From an uncultured delta proteobacterium (lineage in GTDB: Bacteria > Myxococcota_A > Polyangia > Fen-1088), in contig CAWAKD010000006.1 of assembly GCA_963782545.1 (NCBI GenBank), positions 71,309 to 135,308 of the forward strand: a DNA stretch of 64,000 bases. Reading direction: 5' to 3'. How positions within the stretch are numbered: position 1 is the first letter of the stretch; each line of letters starts with the position of its first letter. A program made the translations under genes and the position numbers. Positions 48,411-58,530 of the stretch are shown piece by piece. The notes under the pieces are model-generated. The model worked only from the letters and a program-made list of their open reading frames with translations, made no database searches and had not been told where the DNA came from.

Positions 48411-50063
48411 ATGAGTTTCCAAGGGATGATCGAAGACGTCGCGGTTGCCGACGTGATGCAACTGATTCGTCTCGGCGGTCATTCCGGCACGCTGACCGTG
48501 AGCAACGGACACGAGGAGAGTTTCATCGGCTTCGAGCGTGGCCGGATCGTGAGCGCATGGAATCCACGCTCGCGCAGGGTGGGGGAGCTTCTGGTCGCCG
48601 CGGGCGCGGTCGATGAGGTCTCCCTGGAGCGCGCGCTAGAGGCTCAGAGCACCGAGCGGCCCCGCAGAAGCATCGGGCATTACCTGGTCCGCATGGGCGT
48701 CACGACGCCGGAAACCATCCGCGACGTGATGGCGGGCGAGATCGAGCGCGTGGTGGGCGAATTGTTCGCTTGGAAATCGGGAACCTTCGAATTCGCCATC
48801 GACGATCTCACGCCGATGATCGAGGTCACCCGCTTTACCGGCGCGCCCAAGGTCGACCTCGACACCCAGACGGTTCTCATGGATGTCTTGCGCCGGATCT
48901 CGGATGCCGAGGCCGGGGCCGCGCCTGGGGGCGACGCGGTCGGGTCCGGTGGCGGTGAGGGGGAAGGCGCGGAGAGCCGCCAGCACACCCACAGCAGCGA
49001 ATTCGAACCGCCCGCGCCGGAAGATGTGAACCAGACGGACGCCGTCGCAGTCTCGTCCCATAGCGCATCGCAAGCGCAAGCTGGCGGGCACCTCGGACGC
49101 GAGCCCACGCCCATGCCCGAGGTGGGGGAGCACCTGCGCTTCCAGATCGTGTCTCCCGATACCGAACTCCTGAACCGCCTCAACCAGCTCATGTCCCCTG
49201 CGGGCGATCACGTCTCCGCGGTCGCTTTGCGCGACGCGGGCGCATCGCTGCTCGGCGAACCCCCGCCCATCGTGGTGGTCGATTTGCGCCACCAGGTCCA
49301 TGTCGCTTCCACGCTGTCGGCGCTGTGCCGGTCTCGGCCGCGCGCCGCGATCATCGCGATGTTCGAGGGCCGGGCGCCCCTGCGCGAAATGTACAAGGCA
49401 GGGGTGCTTTCGGTCACCTCGACGGCGCCGGAGACCGTCGTTGCCTGCATGCAATCCGTCGCCAGGCAGCGCAAGTACATGGCGAACGAGCACGCCATCA
49501 CGGAGGGCATCCGCACCAGTTTCGCGCGCCTGCGCCGGATCATCGCCGACCTGCGCTCGGGCCTGCTCGGCACCTCGGTATCGTCGAATCTGATGGCGGC
49601 CGTGGCCGAATCCCTCGACCGCGGGGTGCTGTTCGTGCCCCATCTCGATCGCTTGGTCGCGCTAGGGGCGTTCGGCAATGCCGGCTGGGGCGCGCCGCTG
49701 GCCAGGACCACGCAGGGGCTCATCATGGCGATCGGGGACAGCGGGGTATTCAAGGACTGCGTGAACGACAGTCGGGCACGCCGCTTGCGTTACGAGGAGG
49801 CCAACTTGCCGCAGGCCTTCGCCGAGGCGGTGGATTGTCCGCGTACCGGCGAGATCGCGGTCTTGCCGGTGCCCGGCAGCGAACGTGTGATCGCGGCCAT
49901 CTACCTCGACAACGGCGCACGGGATCGGGCCATCGGCGATATCGAGATCTTCGAGCTGGCGGCCTTCCAACTCGGCTTGGCGCTGGAAAACGAGTTCCTG
50001 CGCCGGGCGCATCCCAAGCAGGACGTGACGTCGTTCGTCTTCGGCGCGCGTGACGCCGGGTAG
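48411..50063 (+). CDS. DUF4388 / T2SSE_N-like + GAF-like domain protein
   Basis: N-terminus DVAVADVMQLIRLGGHSGTLTV (DUF4388), then a GspE_N-like segment. C-terminal GAF-like domain (...IAAIYLDNGARDRAIGDIEIFELAAFQLGLALEN). Confidence 0.6.
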   Translation: MSFQGMIEDVAVADVMQLIRLGGHSGTLTVSNGHEESFIGFERGRIVSAWNPRSRRVGELLVAAGAVDEVSLERALEAQSTERPRRSIGHYLVRMGVTTPETIRDVMAGEIERVVGELFAWKSGTFEFAIDDLTPMIEVTRFTGAPKVDLDTQTVLMDVLRRISDAEAGAAPGGDAVGSGGGEGEGAESRQHTHSSEFEPPAPEDVNQTDAVAVSSHSASQAQAGGHLGREPTPMPEVGEHLRFQIVSPDTELLNRLNQLMSPAGDHVSAVALRDAGASLLGEPPPIVVVDLRHQVHVASTLSALCRSRPRAAIIAMFEGRAPLREMYKAGVLSVTSTAPETVVACMQSVARQRKYMANEHAITEGIRTSFARLRRIIADLRSGLLGTSVSSNLMAAVAESLDRGVLFVPHLDRLVALGAFGNAGWGAPLARTTQGLIMAIGDSGVFKDCVNDSRARRLRYEEANLPQAFAEAVDCPRTGEIAVLPVPGSERVIAAIYLDNGARDRAIGDIEIFELAAFQLGLALENEFLRRAHPKQDVTSFVFGARDAG

Positions 50064-50077
50064 CGAGGAGGCAAGGC

Positions 50078-51799
50078 GTGGACGAACTTTTCGCATCCCT
50101 GGCGAGAGACTTCGTCGACGAGACAGCACCCATTGCGCAAGAAGTGGGCGGCCTCCTGCTCAAGCTGGAGGAGGTTTTCGCGGCGGGGGACGATGCCAAG
50201 CCGCTGCTGCGCGCGATTCGCAGCGGACTGCACACCATCAAAGGCAACAGCGCGATGATGGGCCTTTCGCCCATCGAGCGAGTGGCGCACGCGCTCGAGG
50301 ATGTCTGCGCGCAGGTCGCGACGGGCTCGACAGCCGGGTATGTCCCGCGGGTCCAGCTGCTTGTCGAGGGCTGCGATCTCCTCGGGGTTCTGATTCCCTC
50401 GGTGCTTGCCGGCGACATGGACGCGAGGCCTGCGGACGCGTTCGTGAAGCGTTCGCTCGAAGCGGACGAGGTGGTCGGGCCGCCGGGGGAGATTTCGGCC
50501 CCCGCGGAAGACCCGGCACGTGGTGATTCGGCGGGGGGCGAGCCAATCCTCGCGGGCGACGCCAGGGACGGGCGGGGAGCGGCGCGCATCGCCGACCGGG
50601 ACGTCGACGAATTGCTGGAGCTGGCCGGGGAAGCCATCGTCGGGCAGACCGAGCTCGCGCGTGTGCATGGCCGTCTGGCGCGCGGCCAGTTCGAGGCTGG
50701 CGACATCGCGGTCATGGATCGGATTCTGACCGACCTCGGGCGGACGACGCGCGAGATGCGCCATAAGCTGCTGCGGGTGCGCCTTGCGCCCATCGCCACG
50801 CTGTTTCGTCGCTTCGCCCGTTTCTTGCGCGATCTGGCCCGCGAACGGGGGCAGGCCGTCGAGCTGTGTATCGAAGGGGGGGAGACGGCCGTGGATCGGG
50901 CTATCATCAGCCGTCTTCACGAACCCCTGGTCCACATCGTGCGCAATGCCTTGGCCCACGGTATCGAAACCGCCGACGAGCGCGTGGCGCGGGGCAAGCC
51001 GGCCAAGGCCCAGATTCTGCTGAGCGCACGCATGCGCGAGGGGCGGGTGAATGTCTGCATCGCCGACGACGGTCGCGGCCTCGACCTGCGCGCCATCGCG
51101 GCCAAGGCCAACAGCCAGGGGGTGGATACCAGCAGTCTTTCCGAGCGCGACCTCCAGCGCTTGATCTTCAAGGCGGGATTCTCGACAGCTCCGCAGGTGT
51201 CGAACCTGGCCGGCCGAGGGGTTGGCTTGGACGTGGTGGCGTCCGTGGTGCAAGGCCTGGGCGGCAGCATCGACGTCCGCTCGGCGAGTGGACGAGGAAC
51301 GGTGTTCGTGCTCGACCTGCCGGTGACGGTTTCCCTGCAAAAGGCCCTCATCTTCGGCGTGGACAGCGAGACCTTCGCCGTTCCCGCGGGCTTCATCCTC
51401 GATACCATGGAGAGCCGCGAGAAGGACATGCAGGCGATCAACCGCGTGCTGCTTGTTTCCTGGCGCGGAGATTTCGTCCGTGCCGTGGATGCCGGGCGTC
51501 TGCTTGGCTGCCAGGGGTTGGCGCAGGCCTGGGCGCGTCCCTACGCCATTGTCTTGCAGGCGGGTAACAAGCGCGGCGCTCTCCTCGTGGATTGGCTCTC
51601 GGACGTACAGGAGATCGTGGTCAAACCGCTCGACGAAACCCTGGCCAAATGTCGCATGATCGCCGGTGCGACGGTTCTTGCACATGGCCGCGTGGTGCCC
51701 ATTCTCGACTGTGTCGAGGTGGTCCGTCGCGCCAGTGTTGCCCTCTTGTCCGAACCCCCCAAGGAAGCCAAGGTGGAGGCCAGCTACGATGTCTTCTGA
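50078..51799 (+). CDS. cheA: Chemotaxis histidine kinase CheA
   Basis: HPt domain (HTIKGNSAMMG), dimerisation, HATPase (HIVRNALAHGIE ; GRGVGLDVV) and a C-terminal CheW-like domain. GTG start with RBS GAGGAGG. Confidence 0.9.
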   Translation: MDELFASLARDFVDETAPIAQEVGGLLLKLEEVFAAGDDAKPLLRAIRSGLHTIKGNSAMMGLSPIERVAHALEDVCAQVATGSTAGYVPRVQLLVEGCDLLGVLIPSVLAGDMDARPADAFVKRSLEADEVVGPPGEISAPAEDPARGDSAGGEPILAGDARDGRGAARIADRDVDELLELAGEAIVGQTELARVHGRLARGQFEAGDIAVMDRILTDLGRTTREMRHKLLRVRLAPIATLFRRFARFLRDLARERGQAVELCIEGGETAVDRAIISRLHEPLVHIVRNALAHGIETADERVARGKPAKAQILLSARMREGRVNVCIADDGRGLDLRAIAAKANSQGVDTSSLSERDLQRLIFKAGFSTAPQVSNLAGRGVGLDVVASVVQGLGGSIDVRSASGRGTVFVLDLPVTVSLQKALIFGVDSETFAVPAGFILDTMESREKDMQAINRVLLVSWRGDFVRAVDAGRLLGCQGLAQAWARPYAIVLQAGNKRGALLVDWLSDVQEIVVKPLDETLAKCRMIAGATVLAHGRVVPILDCVEVVRRASVALLSEPPKEAKVEASYDVF

Positions 51800-52358
51800 G
51801 CCCGGTCTGCCTCCCGAACCCACGGGCGGCCATGCCGAGGGCGCAAAGCCCCTACTGGCCTTCGCGGACGCGTTGCTTTCCGCGAGTCCGCGCGAACCGA
51901 GTCGCGCCGCCGGCCCGGTACAACAGTACGTGACCTTCTTCTTGCGAGAAGACGAGATCGGCATCCCCATCTTGCAGTGTCGCGAGATCGTTCGCGCCTT
52001 GGCGATCACGCGCGTGCCGGAAGCCCCGGCCCACGTGCGCGGGGTCGTGAATCTGCGCGGCCGCATCCTTCCCGCGGTGGATACCCGCAAGTGCCTCGGC
52101 TACGAGTCCGCCCCTGCCACCGCCCGGTCGCGCCTGCTCGTCGTGGAGGTCGCCGGCCGCGGCTTCGCGCTTCTCGTGGACCGGGTCGCGCGTATTCTCA
52201 AGTTGGCCGCCGAGGACATCGCGGCGGCCCCCGAAAACGCGAAGGTACCGGCCACCCTCGGAGTGGCGCGTGATGGAGATGCCACGATTCATCTTACCGA
52301 TGCCGAACGAATTCTGAGCGCAGGATCCCCGGTGGCGGCTTCAACCCCCAAGGAGTGA
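51789..52358 (+). CDS. cheW: Chemotaxis coupling protein CheW
   Basis: CheW fold (QYVTFFLREDEIGIPILQCREIV...VRGVVNLRGRILPAVD). Its start overlaps the cheA stop. Confidence 0.85.
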   Translation: MSSEPGLPPEPTGGHAEGAKPLLAFADALLSASPREPSRAAGPVQQYVTFFLREDEIGIPILQCREIVRALAITRVPEAPAHVRGVVNLRGRILPAVDTRKCLGYESAPATARSRLLVVEVAGRGFALLVDRVARILKLAAEDIAAAPENAKVPATLGVARDGDATIHLTDAERILSAGSPVAASTPKE

Positions 52359-52364
52359 AGAGGC

Positions 52365-54734
52365 ATGAGCACACACGAAAGCAAGGCTTCCTCGACTTCC
52401 AGGTCTCCGCGCCCAACCGGAATTGCAGACGCCGCGCGCGAGCAACGGGGCCACTGGTGGCTGGGGCGCATCGAAGGCGCGCCCCTCCTGCGCCACCTGT
52501 CCTTGTGGCAGAAGCTGCTCATCATCGTCGTCGTCCTCCTTCTCCCCACGGTTCTGCTGCTGCGCGATTTCGTCAGCAAGAGCAACGAGGAGATCGTGCG
52601 TATGCGGCGGGAGCTGTGCGTGGAGAGTTATGCGCAGCAGCTCAAGCGAATCCTGAGTCAACAGATAGCCATGAATATCAGGTCGCTGTTTTCCGGTCCG
52701 GACGATCTGGTGAGGGTCTCGAAAGACGTGACCACGGCGGCTTTGGAGGAGCTCGGCACCTTGAATAGGACGGGTTGCGGAGCGAATCCGGACCTGGCCA
52801 GGGTGCGCATGCCGGAAACCTTGGCCGAATTGGGCGCCCTGGAGGCGCAGGCCGGGCAGGATGCGTCCCGAAGGGAGGAATTGCAACGACGCATGCGCGA
52901 GGCAATCGCCACCTGGTTCCGTCAGATCGCCATGGTGGCCAACGAAGCCCAGATCCTGGATCCCGGCGCTGTCCATCTCGACGACACCACCTTGCGGCGA
53001 TTGCCGGAGGCGGCCTGGCGCCTCGAGCGGGTCGTGGAACTGGGAGCCGAGTGGTCGGACGGACAGGAGGTTCCGATCGCGGTTCGCGCCGATCTCATCA
53101 GCGCCATCGATGGATTCGCCGACGATCTTACCGATATCGAACGCGATCTGCTGGCCGCGGTACGCGCAGGTGGTCCCTCGGCGGCGGCACAATCGCTCGC
53201 CAGCGTGAGCATTCCCTTGCAGGAGTGTGTCTCGGCTGGACGCAAGGCCATTGCGGCTGGGAGGAAGCTCGTGGCTGACGCGCGAAGCGCCAAGGACTCC
53301 GGCAGCGACGCGACGGTATCGTCTCTGCGGGGCCTGGCCTCATCGGCGCTGGAGTCGCTGTTCGCGACCTTCGATGCCACCCTCGACGCGCGTCGCGCGG
53401 ACCTCCAGGAAAAGGTAACCGGACACGAGGAGCAACGAAGCCGGACCATCGCGCTCGTGCTGGTGGCCGTGCTTGCGGCGGTGGGACTGGTGTCGGTGAT
53501 CGTACGCAGTATCACGGTGCCGATCAATTTGGCGGTCGAGTCCGCCAACAGTTTGGCCGAGCAGGACTTCGCCATCGAAATCGGTGAAACCCGATCCACC
53601 GACGAGGTCGGCCAGCTCTTGGTGTCGATGCGCAAGATGGCGGCCAACCTACGCGCGACCATCCGCTCGATCCTGGATGCCTCGCGCATCGTGGCCAGCA
53701 CATCGGAAAGAATATCGATTTCAGGCACTCAACTCGGCAAGGGCACCGAAACGCAGTCCACCGCGACCGCCGCGACCTCGGCGAGCATGGGGCGTATCGC
53801 GGAGCAGATTCAGCAGCTTTCGCAGACGGCGACATCGCTTTCCGCCAGCGTGGAGGAAACCACCACCGCCTTCCAGCGCATGTATGAGACCCTCGAACGA
53901 ACCGCGCTGCACGGTCAAACCTTGCTCGCATCGTCCCAGGAAGCCACCATGCACCTGGCAGGACTGACGAGCAACATCACGCAGGTGACGGCGCAGGCTC
54001 GCACGGCCAATGAGATGTCCAAGGCTACTCTCGGGTCTGTCAAGTCGGGCAGCGAGTCGCTGCAGCGGTCCATCGGGGCCATCGGTGACCGAGCTCAGGA
54101 AATCAGCAAGATCCTTCGTCTCATCGAGGAGATCGCCGACCAGACCAACCTGCTGGCGCTGAACGCCGCCATCGAGGCAGCCCGTGCCGGCGAGGCCGGG
54201 CGCGGCTTCGCCGTGGTGGCCGACGAAGTCAAGCGCTTGGCCGAGCGCAGCGCCCAGTCAACGCGCGACATCGGCGCGATCATCGAAAGCGTGCAGAAGG
54301 ACGTGGGCGCTGCAGTGACCTTGACCGATGAGGTACTTGTGGGAATGATGGCGTCCATCGACAAGACATCCACCATCATCGCGGCCAGCGCGCTCGCCAC
54401 GGAAAGTCAGAGCGAGGCCGCTCGGCAGACCCTCAGGGTCGCGGAGAACATGTCCGGGCTGGCCCAACAGATAGCCATGGCCGCGCGTGAAAACGCGGGC
54501 AGCGCCGCGGAGATCGTCACGGCCTCACGGCGCATGAGTGCCTTGACCGGCTCGATGCTGGACGCGACCATGGAACAAAAGCGGGGTGGGGAAACCGTGG
54601 TCAAGTCGACCGAATCGATCTCCGAAGTCGCCCGCCAGAATCTGCAGGTGGTGGAGCAGCTCAACGTGGCGGCCAAGGATCTGTCGGCGGAGGCAGAATC
54701 CCTCCGCCAGCGCATGGAGTTGTTTACGGTCTGA
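52365..54734 (+). CDS. Methyl-accepting chemotaxis protein (2 TM, HAMP, MA domain)
   Basis: Highly conserved signalling hairpin [35 protein letters not shown] long periplasmic/helical N-terminal region. Confidence 0.9.
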   Translation: MSTHESKASSTSRSPRPTGIADAAREQRGHWWLGRIEGAPLLRHLSLWQKLLIIVVVLLLPTVLLLRDFVSKSNEEIVRMRRELCVESYAQQLKRILSQQIAMNIRSLFSGPDDLVRVSKDVTTAALEELGTLNRTGCGANPDLARVRMPETLAELGALEAQAGQDASRREELQRRMREAIATWFRQIAMVANEAQILDPGAVHLDDTTLRRLPEAAWRLERVVELGAEWSDGQEVPIAVRADLISAIDGFADDLTDIERDLLAAVRAGGPSAAAQSLASVSIPLQECVSAGRKAIAAGRKLVADARSAKDSGSDATVSSLRGLASSALESLFATFDATLDARRADLQEKVTGHEEQRSRTIALVLVAVLAAVGLVSVIVRSITVPINLAVESANSLAEQDFAIEIGETRSTDEVGQLLVSMRKMAANLRATIRSILDASRIVASTSERISISGTQLGKGTETQSTATAATSASMGRIAEQIQQLSQTATSLSASVEETTTAFQRMYETLERTALHGQTLLASSQEATMHLAGLTSNITQVTAQARTANEMSKATLGSVKSGSESLQRSIGAIGDRAQEISKILRLIEEIADQTNLLALNAAIEAARAGEAGRGFAVVADEVKRLAERSAQSTRDIGAIIESVQKDVGAAVTLTDEVLVGMMASIDKTSTIIAASALATESQSEAARQTLRVAENMSGLAQQIAMAARENAGSAAEIVTASRRMSALTGSMLDATMEQKRGGETVVKSTESISEVARQNLQVVEQLNVAAKDLSAEAESLRQRMELFTV

Positions 54735-56671
54735 TGGAAACCCCCGCACCTGCGCAATCGCTGGACCAGGCGCTGCAGGCGGCGCTGGGGGAGGGCGGCC
54801 GTTCGGCTTTCGGTCCGGACTTCGCGGAAGGCACGGGCAGCGTGGAACAGCCGCGCGGATCGCGCGGGAGGAGTGAGGACATTTTGGGCCGCACGGCCCT
54901 GCTCGACGCCCTGGCGAGTGGGGGTAGCCAAGGCATATCGGCGCTCGTGAGTGCCGTGCGCAGCGGCGATGACGACGTGGCCATGTACGCGGCCACCGCG
55001 CTCGGCGATGCGCGCGATCCGGCGGCGGTTCCACACTTGATACGGTTGGTCCGGCACCCGGATCTCAACGTGGCTCAGGCCGCGATCGATGCCTTGGGCA
55101 AGTTGCGTGCGCAATCGGCCGCGGCTTCCATCGAGGCCATGCTGGAGGCCGACCCATGGTTGCGTTTTGCGGCGGCTCATGCCCTGGGCGAGATCGGGCA
55201 CCCTGGCAGCGTGTCTGCGCTCATGCGCGCGGCCGGAGATCCCACCATCTCGGAATTGGCCATCGAGGCCCTGGGAAAGATCGCCACCGTTTCGGCCGCG
55301 ACGGCGCTGGCCGACTTGCTGGCCCGCCGGGTGGACGGCGAAAGTTTCGATGAATGCCTACTTGCCCTGGGGACTGCGCTTTCACGCATGGTCGACCTTT
55401 CGGATCTCCAAGACTGCTCGGCCTGGCGCCGGCTTGGCTCGACCGAGGCGAGCGCCGTGCACGCACGCCTGGTGGCCGTCCTGGTTTGTCGCGACGTCGC
55501 GACCGAGGGCGCGCTCGACCGGCACCTTCTCGGGGAAGCTGCTATCGCGGTGATTCGCGCACTGGCGATTCCCGCGCTTTATCCGGCCCTCATCGACGGC
55601 GCGTGGGATGTCACCTTGGCGGAGACGTTGCTCGATGCAGTGCTGTTTGCGGCGCCGGCCACGCATGCCTGCGTCCTGGCGGGCCTCGGCCACGCCGATG
55701 CCGATGTGCGGGCCTTCTGCTGCGAAGCCGCGGGCGCCATGGGCATCGAGGAAGCCATCGGCCCCTGCGAGCGCCTGCTCGATTCCAAGGAGGCGTGGGT
55801 GCGCGTGGCCGCCGTACGGGCGTTGGCCGACTTGAAGGCCGACCGGGCCCTGCCCGCCATGCTCCGTTGCCTCGCGGATCCCGTTGAACCGGTGCGCACG
55901 GCCGCCGTGCGATCGCTCGGAACCATGGATGCGAATCTGGTCACGGGGGCACTGCTCTCGAATGCCGAACTGGCGAGCACCCACACGGCGTTGGCCCTCG
56001 AAGTAATGCACATCGCGCCCTGCGTGGCTCAGCGGGAGTACGTTCTCCGTGCGCTCACCGATGCCCGTGACGACGCGCGGCGCGCGGCGGTCGCGGTCAT
56101 GGGTGCGAAGGAAGACGCAGAGGTCATCGACGTTCTGGAGCCGATGCTCCGGGATCCGTCCAGCGCGGTTCGCGCCGAGGTCGTCCAGGCGTTCGGGCGG
56201 CGTCGCTCACCAAGGGCACAGCGCCTGCTGCTCGACCAGTTCGCGTGCGACGTCGAAATTCGCGAGCACATCCTGCGCGCCCTTGGCCATGTCGGGGACG
56301 GATGGGCCGCTCGTCGCCTGATGGGTCTCTTTCCCGAACAGGAGCCCGCGATTCGCTTGGCCATGGTCGACGCCCTCGGCGCCATCGCCGCGCCCGTGGC
56401 CGAGCCCTTCCTGGCCCAGTTGCTAGCCGATCCCCATCCCGAGATTCGGGGCCGGGCGGCTGTGGCCATCGGCCACTATGCGAGCGATGGCGCCGTGACC
56501 CGTCTGGCTCACGCGGCCCGGGATGAGAGCGCGCGCGTGCGTCTGGCGGCGCTGGAATCACTGTCCGCCTTTGCCAGCCGACCGGCTGCGGTCGAGGCCT
56601 TCGAGCGTATGTGCCTGGATCCGGTTCCCGCCATCGCGGCACTGGCCCGTCGCTGTTTGCGCAAAAGCTGA
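54734..56671 (+). CDS. HEAT-repeat (PBS-lyase-like) protein
   Basis: More than 12 repeats of ...VR..AA.ALG.IGDP.AV..L (e.g. DPWLRFAAAHALGEIGHPGSVSAL). The ATG overlaps the MCP stop (TGATGG). Confidence 0.8.
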   Translation: METPAPAQSLDQALQAALGEGGRSAFGPDFAEGTGSVEQPRGSRGRSEDILGRTALLDALASGGSQGISALVSAVRSGDDDVAMYAATALGDARDPAAVPHLIRLVRHPDLNVAQAAIDALGKLRAQSAAASIEAMLEADPWLRFAAAHALGEIGHPGSVSALMRAAGDPTISELAIEALGKIATVSAATALADLLARRVDGESFDECLLALGTALSRMVDLSDLQDCSAWRRLGSTEASAVHARLVAVLVCRDVATEGALDRHLLGEAAIAVIRALAIPALYPALIDGAWDVTLAETLLDAVLFAAPATHACVLAGLGHADADVRAFCCEAAGAMGIEEAIGPCERLLDSKEAWVRVAAVRALADLKADRALPAMLRCLADPVEPVRTAAVRSLGTMDANLVTGALLSNAELASTHTALALEVMHIAPCVAQREYVLRALTDARDDARRAAVAVMGAKEDAEVIDVLEPMLRDPSSAVRAEVVQAFGRRRSPRAQRLLLDQFACDVEIREHILRALGHVGDGWAARRLMGLFPEQEPAIRLAMVDALGAIAAPVAEPFLAQLLADPHPEIRGRAAVAIGHYASDGAVTRLAHAARDESARVRLAALESLSAFASRPAAVEAFERMCLDPVPAIAALARRCLRKS

Positions 56672-57119
56672 CTAGTTCTTGGACGGAGCCGACGCGCCTT
56701 TGCCACCGCCTCGGCCGAACCGTTTCCACACCACGGCGTCCAGGGAGTAGCGCCCGCAGCCGAGCCAGCAGAATCGTCAGGCTTGCGGCCAGGTAGAGCG
56801 CCCACAACTCGCGTTCGTGCCAGGCGCCGGCGTGAAGGGTTGAAAACAGGGTCAAAGCGGCCACGAAGGCAACCAGAAAGGCGCCGACGCGCCCCGCGAG
56901 CCCCGTGGCGAGCAGGATGCCACCGAAGAACTCGCCCGCGACCGCCACCATCAGCGAGTATTTCGGGCCGATGCCCAGGGGATCGGGAAAAGATCCAAGC
57001 CTGGCGCTGAAGTGGTGCAGTTTGTCCCAGCCATGCAGGCAGGCCATGTTCACGCCCACTACGGCGCGCAGCACGAGGAGGACGACGTTCGAGGGTAGTT
57101 CACGGCTGAGGGCCACCCT
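56672..57119 (-). pseudogene. DoxX family membrane protein, apparently frameshifted near 56755-56780
   Basis: TM1 VVLLVLRAVVGVNMACLHGWDKL. The DoxX C-terminal consensus G.GR(Y/W)SLDA...(GCGRYSLDAVVWKRFGR...*) is found only in the +1 frame, which ends at 56672, giving the expected roughly 149 aa. The nominal frame runs stop-less across the convergent HEAT gene. Confidence 0.5.
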
Positions 57120-57271
57120 GCGAGAGTGGCACAAAGGCGCGAAACCCCCAAAAAAGCCGCTAACTCGGGACGCGCCCAGTCGCGTGGGGAGCCGATAGTG
57201 TTTGAACTCCGGCTGCCGTGCTAGCATCGCACTTCTGCGATGAAGCACATCCCTAGGACGAAGGATAGCCC

Positions 57272-57508
57272 ATGAAACGCCTCCTCATCACCGCGTCCAT
57301 CAGCTTGGTGGTTGGTCTCATCCTCGGCGTGATGGCGGGGCGCCGGCTACCGCCGTCGCGGGAGCAGGTCGCCAACTACCTCAGCAACCTCAGCGTTGGG
57401 GAGCTCTCGGACTTCACCAAGCGGTTGACCGCACAATGGGGCTTCCAGGCTTTTCCCCAGCACTTCGTTCCGGGCATGCCCGCGGTGCCCGCGGAGTCCG
57501 GCAAGTAG
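57272..57508 (+). CDS. Small membrane protein (78 aa), hypothetical
   Basis: RBS AGGACGAAGGA. One N-terminal TM helix. Confidence 0.45.
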   Translation: MKRLLITASISLVVGLILGVMAGRRLPPSREQVANYLSNLSVGELSDFTKRLTAQWGFQAFPQHFVPGMPAVPAESGK

Positions 57509-57530
57509 CGGCGATCTACCGGCCTCGGAA

Positions 57531-58526
57531 TCAGGACCGCGGGCCGGGCCGCGCCCCGTTCATCGCGGCGACAACTTCTTCCACGGTGGGCAGCGCGGAG
57601 CGCGCGCCGATGCTGCGGCACACGAGACCGGCGGCCGCATTGGCGAAGGGGACCGCCTTCTCCAGGGGCCAGCCATGGATGTGCGCGAAGGCGAAGGCGC
57701 CCGCGAAGGCATCGCCCGCGCCCGAGGTGTCGGCGATGAATACGTCCAGGGCCTCTTGCTCGACCAGCTTGTTGCCCTCCAGCCCGACCGAGCCGGATTC
57801 CCCCATGGTGATGAGCGCGATGCGTGGTCCCAAGTTGAGGATCTCGCGCAGGCTGTCGCCCATGTTGTCGGCAGGGGCGAGCTCGTGAGCGAAACGCTCG
57901 GAGCCGATGACGATGTCCGAGAGCGAGAGCAGCTCGCCCATGCCGCCGGAGAGCTGGCTGGCATTGAGGAGCACCGTGATCTCCTTGTCGCGGGCTTTCT
58001 CCGCGATGGCGGCCTGCAGGGCCGGCTGGGTCCCGTCGATCACCAGCATGGCCGCGCCCGCGAGCAGTCCGGCCGGGAGATCGCGCGGCGACAGCGGCGT
58101 GACGTTCCCGCGCGAGCGCAGGATTCTGCGCCGCCGGGTGAGCTCGTCGATCTGCAGGACGGAAACCGGCGACACCTTGTCCTTTTCGACGGTGAGCATG
58201 GAGGTGTCGATACCCAGGTTCTGCATGCTGCGCAGAATGAAGTGGCCGTGCTCGTCGTCGGCGATGTGGCCGAAGAAGCGCGTCTTCTCCCCCATCACCG
58301 CCAGCGCGGCCAGCATGTTCGAGGCCGAACCTCCGGCCTGCATGCTGAAGACCGAGGAATCTACCAGGCGCTCGTCGAGGCGTGGGCAGACGAAGAGCAG
58401 GTCGACCGTGGCGAGGCCGACGCCCACCACGATGCGCGGCGCGGCGGGCCGCGCCGTTGCGGATTTCTTGCCCCGGCCCTTGGTTCGGGCGCGGGGTGAC
58501 GGGCGCACGACTCGCTTCTTGGCCAC
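57531..58526 (-). CDS. PfkB-family carbohydrate/ribokinase-like kinase with an Arg/Lys-rich N-terminal tail
   Basis: VGVGLATVDLL ... DTSGAGDAFAGAF (PfkB signature 2). The GTG at 58526 lies 4 nt after the upstream gene's stop. The longer ORF up to 58757 is probably read-through. Confidence 0.7.
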   Translation of the reverse strand: MAKKRVVRPSPRARTKGRGKKSATARPAAPRIVVGVGLATVDLLFVCPRLDERLVDSSVFSMQAGGSASNMLAALAVMGEKTRFFGHIADDEHGHFILRSMQNLGIDTSMLTVEKDKVSPVSVLQIDELTRRRRILRSRGNVTPLSPRDLPAGLLAGAAMLVIDGTQPALQAAIAEKARDKEITVLLNASQLSGGMGELLSLSDIVIGSERFAHELAPADNMGDSLREILNLGPRIALITMGESGSVGLEGNKLVEQEALDVFIADTSGAGDAFAGAFAFAHIHGWPLEKAVPFANAAAGLVCRSIGARSALPTVEEVVAAMNGARPGPRS

Positions 58527-58530
58527 GGCC

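Noticed and set aside
49901-52090. 729-aa minus-strand ORF
   Set aside because: Antisense to cheA/cheW, whose domains are unambiguous on the plus strand.
56124-56671. Stop-less continuation of the DoxX frame across the HEAT gene on the opposite strand
   Set aside because: A 550-nt convergent overlap is implausible. The DoxX consensus C-terminus is found in the +1 frame ending at 56672, so the long ORF is a frameshift artefact.
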